In this document: positions 9,077 to 19,877 of the stretch, piece after piece
Numbering within the stretch: position 1 is the stretch's first letter
Layout of the letters: the number at the start of each line of letters is the position of its first letter
Origin: a virus
Taxonomy: Duplodnaviria; Caudoviricetes
Length of the DNA stretch: 64,000 nt
Strand: one strand, 5' to 3'
Virus record (IMG/VR): IMGVR_UViG_3300047382_000771
Coordinates: 128,001-192,000 of that record
Position numbers and translations under genes: made by a program
Notes under the pieces: model-generated
What the model saw: the letters and a program-made list of their open reading frames with translations, nothing else
What the model was told of the DNA's origin: nothing
Database searches by the model: none

Positions 9077-12000
9077 TTAAACTTGACCACCGCAATCGCT
9101 CGCAGTTCTTATGAAAGTATTACCTCCACCTAGTGAAGTTCCATTACTATGATTGGTTATTGTTAGGTTTCCGTTACTATCTGTTGTGTAATTTGATGTA
9201 TTAGATACATTTGTATCATATATAATTTCTCCTTCACTACCTGCAGCTGAAATAAACCCATTTGGGTTAATATTAGCGAACAGAGGATGGTACCCAGATG
9301 GAATATAATTTGTATTAGCCAGTATAGTTGAAATCTTATAAGCATTATTCCCAGCTGTTCTATCTATATTACCAGTAAACCTAACACCATAATAAGGTAA
9401 AATCTGGTTTACGGAACTTTGGAAAGTATTATGGTCTGTTATAATAAATAAACCCCCACCTTCGTCAAAGTAATCCAGCAAACCTTGTATAAGGCTATTC
9501 GGCAAATACGCACCACCCGTATAATTAGTCCCTAGCCATACTATTACATCGTATCCGTTAAAATATGTTTTCCATGCTGATCGCGTGGTGTGCAAATTTT
9601 GCAAATACCCACTATGAGTGCTTGCACTCTCACTACCTATAGAGGAAGCTGTAAACCCTGCAACTCTAGCAATATCGAGTACAGTATTGTGAAATACTTT
9701 TGCAGTGTAATTTCCGCCTGGTGCGTCATTGATATATAAAAGTTTTTTCTGTGACCCCTCTTCTCTTTCCACGTGGCTTATGGCATTATAAAAATAAGGA
9801 TACTGGGCTGGCACAGAAGAATCATATATAGAAACACTTCCATTTTTAATGCCCGCGCTATAAGATGCCCACTTGCTATTGTAAAATTTAGGAAAGCCTC
9901 CATCGAATACAAGCCTACCTCCAGGGCCAGATGTCTGGGTCCTGACTTGGCCAGAACCCTCCGCTATGAATAAATTATTAAATTGATCATTAGCTATAGG
10001 CCTAACCAACCCTCTTGTTTCTAGACTTCCTGTTTGTTCAGATATTGTTATTCCGCTATTCGGGGCGGCTCCTGAAATCTGCAAGTTATTATTGGAGTCT
10101 TTAGTCATAGTGTAATTGCCGCAAGGGTTAGTTACAAACTCTACAGTATTTGATGTACCCGTGACAGCTCCCGCGTTCACATTCCCTGTAGCCCTACATC
10201 TACAATAATACTTAGTGTAAGCTATTAAGTCACTAAATATAGTGGACGTTTGAAATGTGGTGAAAACTTTTGCTTCAACTAATTGATTAAAACTTGAACT
10301 CGTACTTATTTCATAAGTATAAGTAGTAGTCCCGTTGTCATTTATAGCCTGATTATCCAAAGCTGACCTAGTCCACCTAAACTCTAATTCTTTAAATGCT
10401 TGGTATGCAGTTGTGCCTACAATATTCTGTTGTCTTCCAACAAATACAAAATTAGCAGTAATTATATCGTCTGATAGTCCCACGGTAAAAGTAGTTGAAC
10501 TACTATTTGGATCACTGATTGAGCCGATTCCAGTATTACTCCAATTTGAGAATTCATAATTAGTATTTGCTGTTGCCTGAATTTGAATTGCCGATTCGTA
10601 ATAATATTGGTTAGCCCCAATAGTGGATGGAGTAGTGGTTACCCCAGAACCATTAGAGTCTCCATTAACTGTCACGGTGTAAGGCACACTATTATACACA
10701 GCACTAATAACTATATCCGAAGCAGGCATCGACAAAACAGCCTCTGGATTATACTGGTCGCTATATGTGATTCCAGATATATTACTTTCCCATCTATCGA
10801 ATGTAAAACCTCGTTCAGGAATAGCTCTAATTGTTACACTATCCCCATAGTTTGCTACAGAATTAGATGTATTTAAGGTTGTGCCATTAATATTTAAAAT
10901 TGCTTCCTCACCAGATAACCCATCAACTCTTACATTATAATTAACCATTTCGTATTTCGGGGTAATGATTGAGTCTCCAGCTCCTACAGTAAATACCGCT
11001 GGATTACTGGTGGGATTGTCTAAAGAACCTGGCCCAGATATTTCCCAACTAGAAAACTGCCATCCAATGTCAGGGGTAGCAGTAACCGTCATAGTTTGAA
11101 ATATATTATTAGGGAAAGCAGCCTTGCTCGCAACCGCAGTCCCGTTAGACCCATCAGCCACATTAACTGTGTAATCTATGGGGCTGTACACAGCTCTAAT
11201 AAAAGAGTCCGCTGGACCAACAGTTAAAACTGTCCTAGCCGAAGTTATATCGTCCAATAATCCAACTCCCTGAATTATCATCCAACTTTCAAACTTGTAT
11301 CCTGCATCGGGTACGGCTAAGATCTCTACTTTATTATCTATGTTGTATAAGCCAGAACCTAATTCTTGAAAATCTAAAGGCCTGCCTGTTGTATCAAAAC
11401 TATCAATATCGCCATCTACTGTAATTAAATAATCTATTGGGTTAATATTTGCCCTGATTAATGTGTCAGAATTATCAACCCTATAAACTGTCGAAGCATT
11501 TAATTCGTCCCCAATTTCACCATTACCATTAACTATTGACCATGATGCAAAAGAATATCCAGGTCCAGGATAAAATACTAAATTTAATACATCAAATATG
11601 TTATATATTCCACTATTATCTTGCAGCGTACCTATGTAACTATAAGGAAGATTATTGGAGTCAGTCCCCCCTGTTAATATATTTCTATCTGGATACCCAT
11701 TTACAATAAAGTCCATTTTAATATCATAATCTATTAACCCAAACACACCCTTGATCTGAGCATCAGCATTAAAAATTCTAAAATTTGTAGACGACTGCAA
11801 TGGCTCTTCTATTATCCCAAAACCAGTTTGTTCCCAACCTATGAAGTAATGCCCCCTTATGTCGTTAGCATTTAATGGGATTAAAGTGTCTTGTGTGCCG
11901 CTGACTTCTATATTTGGCTGTGGTAAAAGTGGGTGGGTGTCAAATTCAATACTTATATTATAAATACTAAAATAAATATTTCTTGTAGCTGAGATAAACC

Positions 12001-12511
12001 CATCTACATTTAAAGATTCCACGGTGAGTTCATGTTCTTGTCCTGTTGGCAAATCTAGCTCTTGGTCCACAATTAAATCATCAATAGATTTATTTATATA
12101 TTCACCATCGTTTACTTTCCATCTCCATGAAAACGCATCAGTCCCTCCTATTTCAACATCAAAACTTAATCTTCCTGGACTAAATGTTTTGTAATCAAAA
12201 TTATTAATAACAAGTTCCACATCCGCAAGGAAATACATATCTATTTGTCCAGGAGATATCCCCGCTTTATTTTTAGCAAATACTGCATAGTACCATTCAC
12301 CCCTCTCTTTTTCTTCATCTATAAAAGAGTATTCTTCTTTCGTAAGGTCTACAGTCCTATATACAAGCTCCCCCTTTTCTGCGACCTCTTCCATGTCGGT
12401 GGTTAAACCTTTAAATGGCTCAAGCCGATATCTAAAGACCACTATTTCATCAGATTCTTCCACAAGCTCTGGTTGACCAAAAGACACATTTAAATCTACT
12501 TTTTTCATCAT
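9077..12511 (-). CDS. Virion adhesin/fibre-like protein: FN3-like N-terminus, multiple InlB B-repeat-like domains, FN3, C-terminal GATase-I-like domain
   Basis: 1144 aa with repeated GY.F..W...G / I.A.Y.P motifs; C-terminal YDVIVWLG...DYFDEGGGLFIITDH. Confidence 0.65.
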   Translation of the reverse strand: MMKKVDLNVSFGQPELVEESDEIVVFRYRLEPFKGLTTDMEEVAEKGELVYRTVDLTKEEYSFIDEEKERGEWYYAVFAKNKAGISPGQIDMYFLADVELVINNFDYKTFSPGRLSFDVEIGGTDAFSWRWKVNDGEYINKSIDDLIVDQELDLPTGQEHELTVESLNVDGFISATRNIYFSIYNISIEFDTHPLLPQPNIEVSGTQDTLIPLNANDIRGHYFIGWEQTGFGIIEEPLQSSTNFRIFNADAQIKGVFGLIDYDIKMDFIVNGYPDRNILTGGTDSNNLPYSYIGTLQDNSGIYNIFDVLNLVFYPGPGYSFASWSIVNGNGEIGDELNASTVYRVDNSDTLIRANINPIDYLITVDGDIDSFDTTGRPLDFQELGSGLYNIDNKVEILAVPDAGYKFESWMIIQGVGLLDDITSARTVLTVGPADSFIRAVYSPIDYTVNVADGSNGTAVASKAAFPNNIFQTMTVTATPDIGWQFSSWEISGPGSLDNPTSNPAVFTVGAGDSIITPKYEMVNYNVRVDGLSGEEAILNINGTTLNTSNSVANYGDSVTIRAIPERGFTFDRWESNISGITYSDQYNPEAVLSMPASDIVISAVYNSVPYTVTVNGDSNGSGVTTTPSTIGANQYYYESAIQIQATANTNYEFSNWSNTGIGSISDPNSSSTTFTVGLSDDIITANFVFVGRQQNIVGTTAYQAFKELEFRWTRSALDNQAINDNGTTTYTYEISTSSSFNQLVEAKVFTTFQTSTIFSDLIAYTKYYCRCRATGNVNAGAVTGTSNTVEFVTNPCGNYTMTKDSNNNLQISGAAPNSGITISEQTGSLETRGLVRPIANDQFNNLFIAEGSGQVRTQTSGPGGRLVFDGGFPKFYNSKWASYSAGIKNGSVSIYDSSVPAQYPYFYNAISHVEREEGSQKKLLYINDAPGGNYTAKVFHNTVLDIARVAGFTASSIGSESASTHSGYLQNLHTTRSAWKTYFNGYDVIVWLGTNYTGGAYLPNSLIQGLLDYFDEGGGLFIITDHNTFQSSVNQILPYYGVRFTGNIDRTAGNNAYKISTILANTNYIPSGYHPLFANINPNGFISAAGSEGEIIYDTNVSNTSNYTTDSNGNLTITNHSNGTSLGGGNTFIRTASDCGGQV

Positions 12512-13254
12512 TCTGGTTTATAGTGAGCGATTAATTCTACATTAGACATTATTCTTGCATTAGTTGTACTAGAAGTTATATCTTCAAATACAGCCGAACC
12601 CTGAGTTTCCCATGTGTCAAAAACATATCCAGGCTTTGGATCTGGAGCAACTATTTCGAAAAAATTATCCCACATTTGCTGGAAACTTATAGAATCCTCC
12701 CCATTGTACTTTAAAGAATTTCCATCTTCTAGCATGGTTACAGAAAATACATCCAAATGATATTCAACTGTTTTAGTTACAGATAGATTTTCATCTCTTC
12801 CCTCTATTATTATTTTTTGAGGACCACTATCTATATTTACTGTTTGAGTAATATTTGTCTCTGATAGGTCGTAGTCAGTTGCAACATAATCTCCATAATA
12901 CCAATGCCAACTACTGACATCTAAACCGCTAATATTTAATTCTAAATATAATATTCCTTTTACATATTCTAAATTTATTATTTCGATATCAGCGTCTATT
13001 GTTAAATAATTTTTCATCGCGCCAGGACAAAGTAAACCCTTCCTGTTTTCCGCAAATATAGCATAATACCAATCCCCCCTCTCAACGGTGTCTCTGTGGT
13101 ATCCAGAATATATTTCACCTGTTTCAAATATCTTCTCTCCGCTTTGGGGCATTTCTTCTATAGACACCTCCCCGCTGTGTCTGTATATTAATATATTCCT
13201 AGTGTCGCCACTAAACAATGGAGTCTTCCATGATAAATGTAATTCTGTAGACAT
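12508..13254 (-). CDS. Virion protein, paralogue sharing the FN3-like N-terminal domain, plus one B-repeat
   Basis: LSWKTP...IYRH...YYAIFAENRKG matches the N-termini of both neighbours; ends in PKPGYVFDTWE. Confidence 0.6.
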   Translation of the reverse strand: MSTELHLSWKTPLFSGDTRNILIYRHSGEVSIEEMPQSGEKIFETGEIYSGYHRDTVERGDWYYAIFAENRKGLLCPGAMKNYLTIDADIEIINLEYVKGILYLELNISGLDVSSWHWYYGDYVATDYDLSETNITQTVNIDSGPQKIIIEGRDENLSVTKTVEYHLDVFSVTMLEDGNSLKYNGEDSISFQQMWDNFFEIVAPDPKPGYVFDTWETQGSAVFEDITSSTTNARIMSNVELIAHYKPE

Positions 13255-13255
13255 A

Positions 13256-15313
13256 TTAAAAAAATTCTATCTCATACAGGTCCCATCCAGTTGATGATGT
13301 GACCGCCTCAACTCTTATAAACGCTATAAAGCCTGTGGTTTGCCCTTTGTCTAAAGATATAGCTACATTACCGTCTGCTTTGTGAAGATTCTGCATAATA
13401 GTTTTGTTAGCATCAACTATCGTTCTGTTTTCTACACCAATTTGACCTGGACCATTTGGGCTGGCGTTACTCCTATTCCCAAAACTTGCTACAGCCGAAT
13501 CGGCACTTGTGTTTGTTAATGTAACCTGCGGTTGAGTTTGAAATTGGCCATTAACCGCATCTCCACCTCCGCCAGTATATAAAAACCTTGTAACTGTAAA
13601 AGTACCTACTCCATGAGGGTTATTGCTATTTCTCAATGCATCCCCAACATAAAGCGAATCTGCCACCAAATGAGCAGGATCCCCTGGGTTAGTAGCACCG
13701 TCAGGGTTAAAATATATCTGAAACCTGTCTGGAACATTATAGGCATTAAAATGACAAACAACTTTCACGGGATCTGTCCCTATAACCAAGGGTATATCGT
13801 AAAGGCCCTGGCGAGCACTAAAGTTGACAGAATCCCCCCTGGAAACCCCAACACCTATTTCTACCGATGTTTCGTTACTGTCAGACTGACCATCATTGAC
13901 TTTGTATTTAAATTCATCCACCATATCGAAACTATCGTCATGTTGATATTTAATATGACTTCCATTTGGGTCAGGGTTTCCACTTGCGTCTGTAATAGTT
14001 GCGGTTCCATGTGCGGGCACCTGTGTAATTATGATTGTTAATACATCTCCATCTGGGTCAAAGTCGTTACTCTTAACATCGATTATAATAGACCCCCCTT
14101 TTTTTCCAACGGCTCTAGGGTCTTTATTGGCTATGGGCGGAGCATTGTCAAGAAAAACTCTTGCTAGTAAATCTATTTTGTTTTCAGTTACTTCGAAGCT
14201 GTAACTATTTCCATCAACAATCTTTCCATTAGTATCATCAATAGATTGCACTAAATATCTATCTCCAGGATCAGGTATAGTGAATGTTGCGATATCTCCA
14301 CACTTATATGTTTGATCAAATAAAACTTGGCCATCCCTGCTATCACCATAACCTATCGATTTAACTTGGACTTGATAGCTTGGAACTTCAACAATCGCTG
14401 TAAGATTAACATCTTGAGTCATCCTTACTTTTGTCTTATTGGAAAATTTATCTAATACAGCGGCACCACTCCATTCAACGAATTGCAGACATGCACTCCC
14501 AACATCAGCCTCAAATTCAACAAGATCGTTTCTTTCATAAGGCCCTGCTCCTATAAAATCTAAAGTGCCAGGATCTTGAAGGGAGTCTTTGTCAAGAGCA
14601 CTAAGTGTTAAATCAAATGTCACTAGGCCAAAATGTCCAGTTATTACTTTGTCCCTATCCATAATTATAGTACTATGTGGATCTAGCGGGTCAGTTACTT
14701 CATCTCCATCCCAATATTTAAATTCTAAATTATCAGTATCATTACCTACTCCTCTTAATTGAATTTCTCCACCATTTGGATATATACCAGTAAAAGCACT
14801 AGTACCATCTCCATGTCTAATAATTAATTGTCTATTGTAAAATAATGGAAATGGATCATCTTCATCTAACACACCATCATTATCATCATCAAGATCATAA
14901 TCATTAGTAATTCCATCTCCATCAGTATCTAGCTTTAAATAATTTAAACCAAAATCAGCATCTTGAAGATCGGGAATACCGTCATTATCAAAGTCATATG
15001 GATATATGTCTTCGTCGTCAGGTATCCCATCTCCATCTGAGTCTGGGTAAACTTTAAAAGTTTTTAAAGTACATTCTGTATAGCTAACTTTATTTCTTGC
15101 AATAGCTATATATTTAAACTCGCCAACTGAATTCAGTTGATCAATATATGTGCCATTAGATATTCTATTGGTAACGTATATAGGCTGTGTAGAGTTAACT
15201 ATTCTATCGCAACTTCTCAACGCACTACCTTTATATATTTCAATGGTATCAATATCAGATGTGTCATCTGGTGTTTCCCATGAAACTAATATATTGTAAG
15301 GTAGGTAGCTCAT
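13256..15313 (-). CDS. Virion adhesin-like protein: FN3-like, TSP3-type Ca-binding repeats, B-repeats, Big_9/cadherin-like domain
   Basis: DSDGDGIPDDED / DTDGDGITNDYDLDDDNDG repeats; APPIANKD...NDFDPDGDVL...PAHGT. Confidence 0.65.
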   Translation of the reverse strand: MSYLPYNILVSWETPDDTSDIDTIEIYKGSALRSCDRIVNSTQPIYVTNRISNGTYIDQLNSVGEFKYIAIARNKVSYTECTLKTFKVYPDSDGDGIPDDEDIYPYDFDNDGIPDLQDADFGLNYLKLDTDGDGITNDYDLDDDNDGVLDEDDPFPLFYNRQLIIRHGDGTSAFTGIYPNGGEIQLRGVGNDTDNLEFKYWDGDEVTDPLDPHSTIIMDRDKVITGHFGLVTFDLTLSALDKDSLQDPGTLDFIGAGPYERNDLVEFEADVGSACLQFVEWSGAAVLDKFSNKTKVRMTQDVNLTAIVEVPSYQVQVKSIGYGDSRDGQVLFDQTYKCGDIATFTIPDPGDRYLVQSIDDTNGKIVDGNSYSFEVTENKIDLLARVFLDNAPPIANKDPRAVGKKGGSIIIDVKSNDFDPDGDVLTIIITQVPAHGTATITDASGNPDPNGSHIKYQHDDSFDMVDEFKYKVNDGQSDSNETSVEIGVGVSRGDSVNFSARQGLYDIPLVIGTDPVKVVCHFNAYNVPDRFQIYFNPDGATNPGDPAHLVADSLYVGDALRNSNNPHGVGTFTVTRFLYTGGGGDAVNGQFQTQPQVTLTNTSADSAVASFGNRSNASPNGPGQIGVENRTIVDANKTIMQNLHKADGNVAISLDKGQTTGFIAFIRVEAVTSSTGWDLYEIEFF

Positions 15314-16743
15314 TTTAATCTGTCGATGTCAATTTCAACAATATTTGATTCGTCAAGCACTCTTATTACTTCTAAATCTTCAGGAGCATCAACATCTTCA
15401 AGAACCCTAGTAATATCAAAATCATGCGGAGTATGCTTGTGTGAAGGAGTACATTTGTCATCTCTCCAATTTGGAAATGAACCGCTAGCAAACACTCCAT
15501 GCTCAGTACCCACACAGAATGTAAAACTACAAGATACGGTAGATTGAGAACCTCCTATACCTGCGTTTAAAGAGTAACTTTCAAATTTAGCATTATCAAT
15601 AACAAAACGCATAAAGCTATCTTTACTCCTAGAAGGCAAACAAGATATAGTACAACTGTTATTTAATAATAAATCTATTTTGTATTCTCTATCACTGCAT
15701 AACATTGGCTTAATATTCCCAGTGTTAAAAGCGCTAGATAATAGTTCAATAGTAAGGGAGCCGATTTGAGGTAATTTTAACCTTCTACCATAGACATGTA
15801 AAGATTCCATTCCGTATAAATCTTCCCTCTCGAAGGGAACACTCAAATCAAAAGCTTGTATATTTGCGTGACCTCTAGAGCATTCCCCGACATAATCCCC
15901 AGAGATTATTGGTCCCCCAAACTCTAAATTATCTAATTCGATTGTAATCCCACCAGGTGCTATTGCCGATGTAGCGGATTTATATATATTAGGGTCAAAA
16001 ACGTACCCAGTCCCTTCTATAATAGAAGCTCTACCTGTTAGGTCTAAAGATGGGATTGGGACTCCAGAAACTTTTTCGATCTGCTCGTCTCCTTGTAGTG
16101 TAACTTTTCCAGCCTCTTCTTGGAGTCTTATGAAATCAAAATCATTTACATCTTCATTGTTGAGTAGGCTAGCCAGCTCTTTAAGCTCTCTCTCAAACTC
16201 AAAAGACCCGACACAAGAATAAGTCATGTTAGAGCAAGCCATAGATACATTAGCTGTAGCAAAAGAGCCTACAGATGCACTGACGGAATAGTTTGTTATA
16301 AAACAATTACCAAACCCTGCTGCGTCTGTACCCCCGAAATTATTATCCTGCCTATAATAACTAACTAAATCAAAAGGCTCTTCTCCTACTAAAAAATAAG
16401 CCGATTTATCTTCTTTAATTCCCTTGTGAATTGTGCCATTCATGGGGTCATATCCAGACGCAATATTTAAACCCATGACATGCTCTTCATGTCCGTCTGT
16501 TAAGAAGTATTGAAAACTCAGATCAATTGTCGGCTGAGAAATTACTTTTCTAGCAAGGTAGTCATCCGACCCTATTTGAGCTACATCTTGCCTGACAGCG
16601 GAAACATTAAAAGTTGCCGTCTGAACCCTGTTAAGAAATGTTAATACATCTGAGTCGGGTTTATGTGCTGGAGAATCTGTAAGAAATAATCCTACAGAGT
16701 TGTATCTTATAGCGTTCCGTATATGTTTAGGGGAGGTGGACAT
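15310..16743 (-). CDS. Tail tube-like protein paralogue 3 (divergent)
   Basis: RNAIRYNSVGLFL...RVQTATFN...PTIDLSFQYFLTDG aligns by eye with the 518- and 519-aa paralogues. Confidence 0.6.
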   Translation of the reverse strand: MSTSPKHIRNAIRYNSVGLFLTDSPAHKPDSDVLTFLNRVQTATFNVSAVRQDVAQIGSDDYLARKVISQPTIDLSFQYFLTDGHEEHVMGLNIASGYDPMNGTIHKGIKEDKSAYFLVGEEPFDLVSYYRQDNNFGGTDAAGFGNCFITNYSVSASVGSFATANVSMACSNMTYSCVGSFEFERELKELASLLNNEDVNDFDFIRLQEEAGKVTLQGDEQIEKVSGVPIPSLDLTGRASIIEGTGYVFDPNIYKSATSAIAPGGITIELDNLEFGGPIISGDYVGECSRGHANIQAFDLSVPFEREDLYGMESLHVYGRRLKLPQIGSLTIELLSSAFNTGNIKPMLCSDREYKIDLLLNNSCTISCLPSRSKDSFMRFVIDNAKFESYSLNAGIGGSQSTVSCSFTFCVGTEHGVFASGSFPNWRDDKCTPSHKHTPHDFDITRVLEDVDAPEDLEVIRVLDESNIVEIDIDRLK

Positions 16744-16795
16744 ACATAATGTATATACACCTCCCCTAAGAAAGTAAGAATACTAAATTCTTATT

Positions 16796-18268
16796 TTAGT
16801 AACGATAAATAAGAGTTTGATCAGTTGTTGGAGGAAATGTTTCTCTCCACACCAAATCACTAGATCCATTTTCTGTAGCAATGCCTCCACTACTGTAACT
16901 GATGTTAGCTCTTCCAGCTGTACCGTCGAGACGGAATTGATTATCATTAACAACGTCAATTGTAAAACTTCCATCGTATGCAACATCTACACCAGAGATT
17001 ACAATCGTATCTCCATCTGTTAGCCCATGAGCTGATACAGTTACTACGGCGTCCGTAGTAGCTTGAGCAGATGCAAAGGATTCAATTTCTAAAGCCCTAA
17101 CAGTATTGGATCCTCCTGAAGCTACATAACTTCCAGCATAATTTCCTGCTGGGTCAGCACCTGCAACACCTGCAGAACCTACTGATTGATCATAGTCTTC
17201 GATGAAGTTTTCTGAAAGAAGATTCCAGTAATCAAGGTCTGCAAGATCGTTAGCTGTCGTGATAGCTAATACTGCAGCATCAGTAGCAGTAGCTGTACCA
17301 GATGAAAACTGCAAAGGAGTAGCGAGCGCTGGAATTTCTTCCCAGTATTCGTTACTTGCAGAAGGATCAGCTAAACGTGTGATCTGTGCGGCATCAAGAA
17401 GGTCAGCGACCTCTGTAGTCTCTAAAGCATAACCTGTGGAATTTGAAAGAATAACTTGAACTCCACCAGTATTAAGCGCCCATACATAACTTGCCAAGCT
17501 TCCTGAAACGACTGCACTTTGGTCTGCGAAGATAGCACTTGTAAATGTATTTGCATCAGTGAAATCTACATCGCCTGCAGTAGAGTTAAGGTAGTAACCA
17601 GCGGCGCTAGGAGCAGTTCCAGCTCCGATGTCATCACCAGCATAATAAAACCATGCTCCGCTTGGTACTATACTAGTAGCGGAAATCTTACCGAAGTAAG
17701 GAGCTGTAAACCTCCTATGTCCACCTGTTCCAGCAAAAGTAAAATCAAGGACATTAACAGTTCCGCCACCTGTGAAGGCAGCAGCTACAATATCAGATGT
17801 AAGTAAAGCAGGGACTAATGTTTTGTCTGAAATTAAAATATTCTCATCGACATAAGCATCCGTAGTGGTGGAATCATTAACTCCGCCAGTAAAGATTTCA
17901 TAAGAGCGTTTAAAATATTTGTTGTTCTTCTTGTAAAGCCCATCGGCATCAAAAGCTTCCATTTCCGCAGAAGTGGTAGCTGTTGTGTCAATTGCAGCAA
18001 GATCTCCATTTTTAACTAAGTTAAAAGAAGATTGTGATTCAAGAATAGAAGTGTGTGCATCTCCAAGGTCGTCAACAGTTGTGAACCTCATAAGGTCACC
18101 TGCGACGATATTAAATCCAGCAGCTGTAGCTGGGTCATATTCTTTGGCGGCCCATCGGCACTCATAAACGAAACCTTCTGTGGCTCCACTATCTGTTGCG
18201 TCGAAGGAATTTAACACTGTTTCGCCTTTGGCGACTTGGGCTAATGCTGATTGTTTTAGTAAACTCAT
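16796..18268 (-). CDS. Virion structural protein (Ala/Gly/Thr-rich, C-terminal HGLxxGDxIxI beta domain)
   Basis: 490 aa; motif SAHGLTDGDTIVISGV, related to QHGFLDFDDVEIFNV in 22092..22781. Confidence 0.5.
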   Translation of the reverse strand: MSLLKQSALAQVAKGETVLNSFDATDSGATEGFVYECRWAAKEYDPATAAGFNIVAGDLMRFTTVDDLGDAHTSILESQSSFNLVKNGDLAAIDTTATTSAEMEAFDADGLYKKNNKYFKRSYEIFTGGVNDSTTTDAYVDENILISDKTLVPALLTSDIVAAAFTGGGTVNVLDFTFAGTGGHRRFTAPYFGKISATSIVPSGAWFYYAGDDIGAGTAPSAAGYYLNSTAGDVDFTDANTFTSAIFADQSAVVSGSLASYVWALNTGGVQVILSNSTGYALETTEVADLLDAAQITRLADPSASNEYWEEIPALATPLQFSSGTATATDAAVLAITTANDLADLDYWNLLSENFIEDYDQSVGSAGVAGADPAGNYAGSYVASGGSNTVRALEIESFASAQATTDAVVTVSAHGLTDGDTIVISGVDVAYDGSFTIDVVNDNQFRLDGTAGRANISYSSGGIATENGSSDLVWRETFPPTTDQTLIYRY

Positions 18269-18286
18269 TTTAATTATTCCTGTCTA

Positions 18287-19843
18287 TTAGTTAATGTAGT
18301 TCATGGCAATCTTAGACTCGTAGTACTTAGTGCCTACTTGAATGACTTTGCCAGCAAGATATTGTCTTGAAATATCGAAAGGTTCCGCATCGGGTGGTAC
18401 CTCAGAAAAGAAAGGAACATTTTCCTCACCTTGTTCATTGATCCATGCTGGAGGAATGCCTGGGATAGAAGCTTTAGTATTTTCTTTGCCCCATAGGAAT
18501 AATCCTCTATTAGCATCATCGGCTCCACCAATTTGGGTAGAAAATACCAAGTCAACACTTTTATTTTCTCCGATAGAAGAACTAAAGTTTTCAGACTCAA
18601 GTCTAGCTCCCTTTAATGTGAATTTAATAGCTTCTGCATCAGACTTAACTTCACATCCATAACATTCTGGATCAAATACTGTGACAGACACTTCGTGTTC
18701 ATCGCATCCGCAAAGAAGATCAATCATGTTTCCTGCTTGTAAATCGGAAAGTGTCGCACTAACATTGAATGTCGCTGTTAATGGGAAGTCGATTGACTTA
18801 GAAAAACCAAATGTAGAACCAAGACGTTGCAAGGTTGTTCTAGCTAAAGGAAGGTTGATAGCACAAGACTGGATATGAGCACTTCCACGAACTGGAGCGT
18901 CAAGACTTCCTGTTACCTGCTTACTAATCAACGATTGTCCAGCTAAATCTAGAACCACATCTCCTGGTCGAAGGGCTGCGGTATCTTCGCATCCTGCATA
19001 ACCACTGTCCGCTTGAGGAAGAGAGAATAATCCAGTACAACCTGGTGCTGAAGCTGGCTTGCATTTACCGCGTTCTCCGTTGTGCCATGCATCACTAATT
19101 ACAGCTGAATTAGCTGTGTCAACAGAAGGAAGGTCTAATCCAGTAGCTCCAACGTCACTACGGATATTCATGCCTTCAACCGTGCAGCTTACAGTAGGAA
19201 TACTTCCTACAGAAATGTCAATACTATAGTCGGTAAGAAAACCATTTCCAAGAGAAATAACCGTTTTCTTCTCATCTCTTCCCTCTTCATCCAAAGTAAC
19301 ATCTGCGCCAATTGCATCACGAGCCTCAGGAACAGTTAAGATGAAGAAGTTGTGGCCAGCTTGGTAAAGCTCTGGAGACATAGCTCCACTCAAAGCATTA
19401 GTTACACCATTGGTTACGAATTCAAGCATACGCTCATTGTAGCCATCAAGCAAGTAATAAGAAAAGTCTAAGTTAACAGTTGGGGAGTCAATGACAATAG
19501 AGTCAAGCTTAGAAAGTTGACCGTATTGATTGATGTCTTGTTTGTTGATAGTGAAGCCATAGTTCGCACTCTGGATTCTCTTTAACTGTTTAATGATAGA
19601 ACCGTGGCCTTCTGCATAATTAGCATCAGATCCATCTGGATTCCACTTTGGCCATTGGTCGCCGCAGCGCCATCCAACCATTTGACCCTTTGAATTGACC
19701 CCGCCAGCAGCTTGGTCAGAATTAAGAGGAGGTGTCATTAGACCGTAACCGCCTTTACCAGTAAAATGGTATCCAGTGGAGTCGGGGCTAATGAAGAGCG
19801 CCTCTGATTGATAAATTACTCGATTTCTGTGAATAGATGACAT
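18287..19843 (-). CDS. Major tail tube-like protein paralogue 2
   Basis: MSSIHRNRVIYQSEALF; near-identical blocks with the adjacent gene; beta-rich; tail region position. Confidence 0.65.
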   Translation of the reverse strand: MSSIHRNRVIYQSEALFISPDSTGYHFTGKGGYGLMTPPLNSDQAAGGVNSKGQMVGWRCGDQWPKWNPDGSDANYAEGHGSIIKQLKRIQSANYGFTINKQDINQYGQLSKLDSIVIDSPTVNLDFSYYLLDGYNERMLEFVTNGVTNALSGAMSPELYQAGHNFFILTVPEARDAIGADVTLDEEGRDEKKTVISLGNGFLTDYSIDISVGSIPTVSCTVEGMNIRSDVGATGLDLPSVDTANSAVISDAWHNGERGKCKPASAPGCTGLFSLPQADSGYAGCEDTAALRPGDVVLDLAGQSLISKQVTGSLDAPVRGSAHIQSCAINLPLARTTLQRLGSTFGFSKSIDFPLTATFNVSATLSDLQAGNMIDLLCGCDEHEVSVTVFDPECYGCEVKSDAEAIKFTLKGARLESENFSSSIGENKSVDLVFSTQIGGADDANRGLFLWGKENTKASIPGIPPAWINEQGEENVPFFSEVPPDAEPFDISRQYLAGKVIQVGTKYYESKIAMNYIN

Positions 19844-19877
19844 GATTTTTTTTCCTCGTGTATTAATGTATTAAAGT

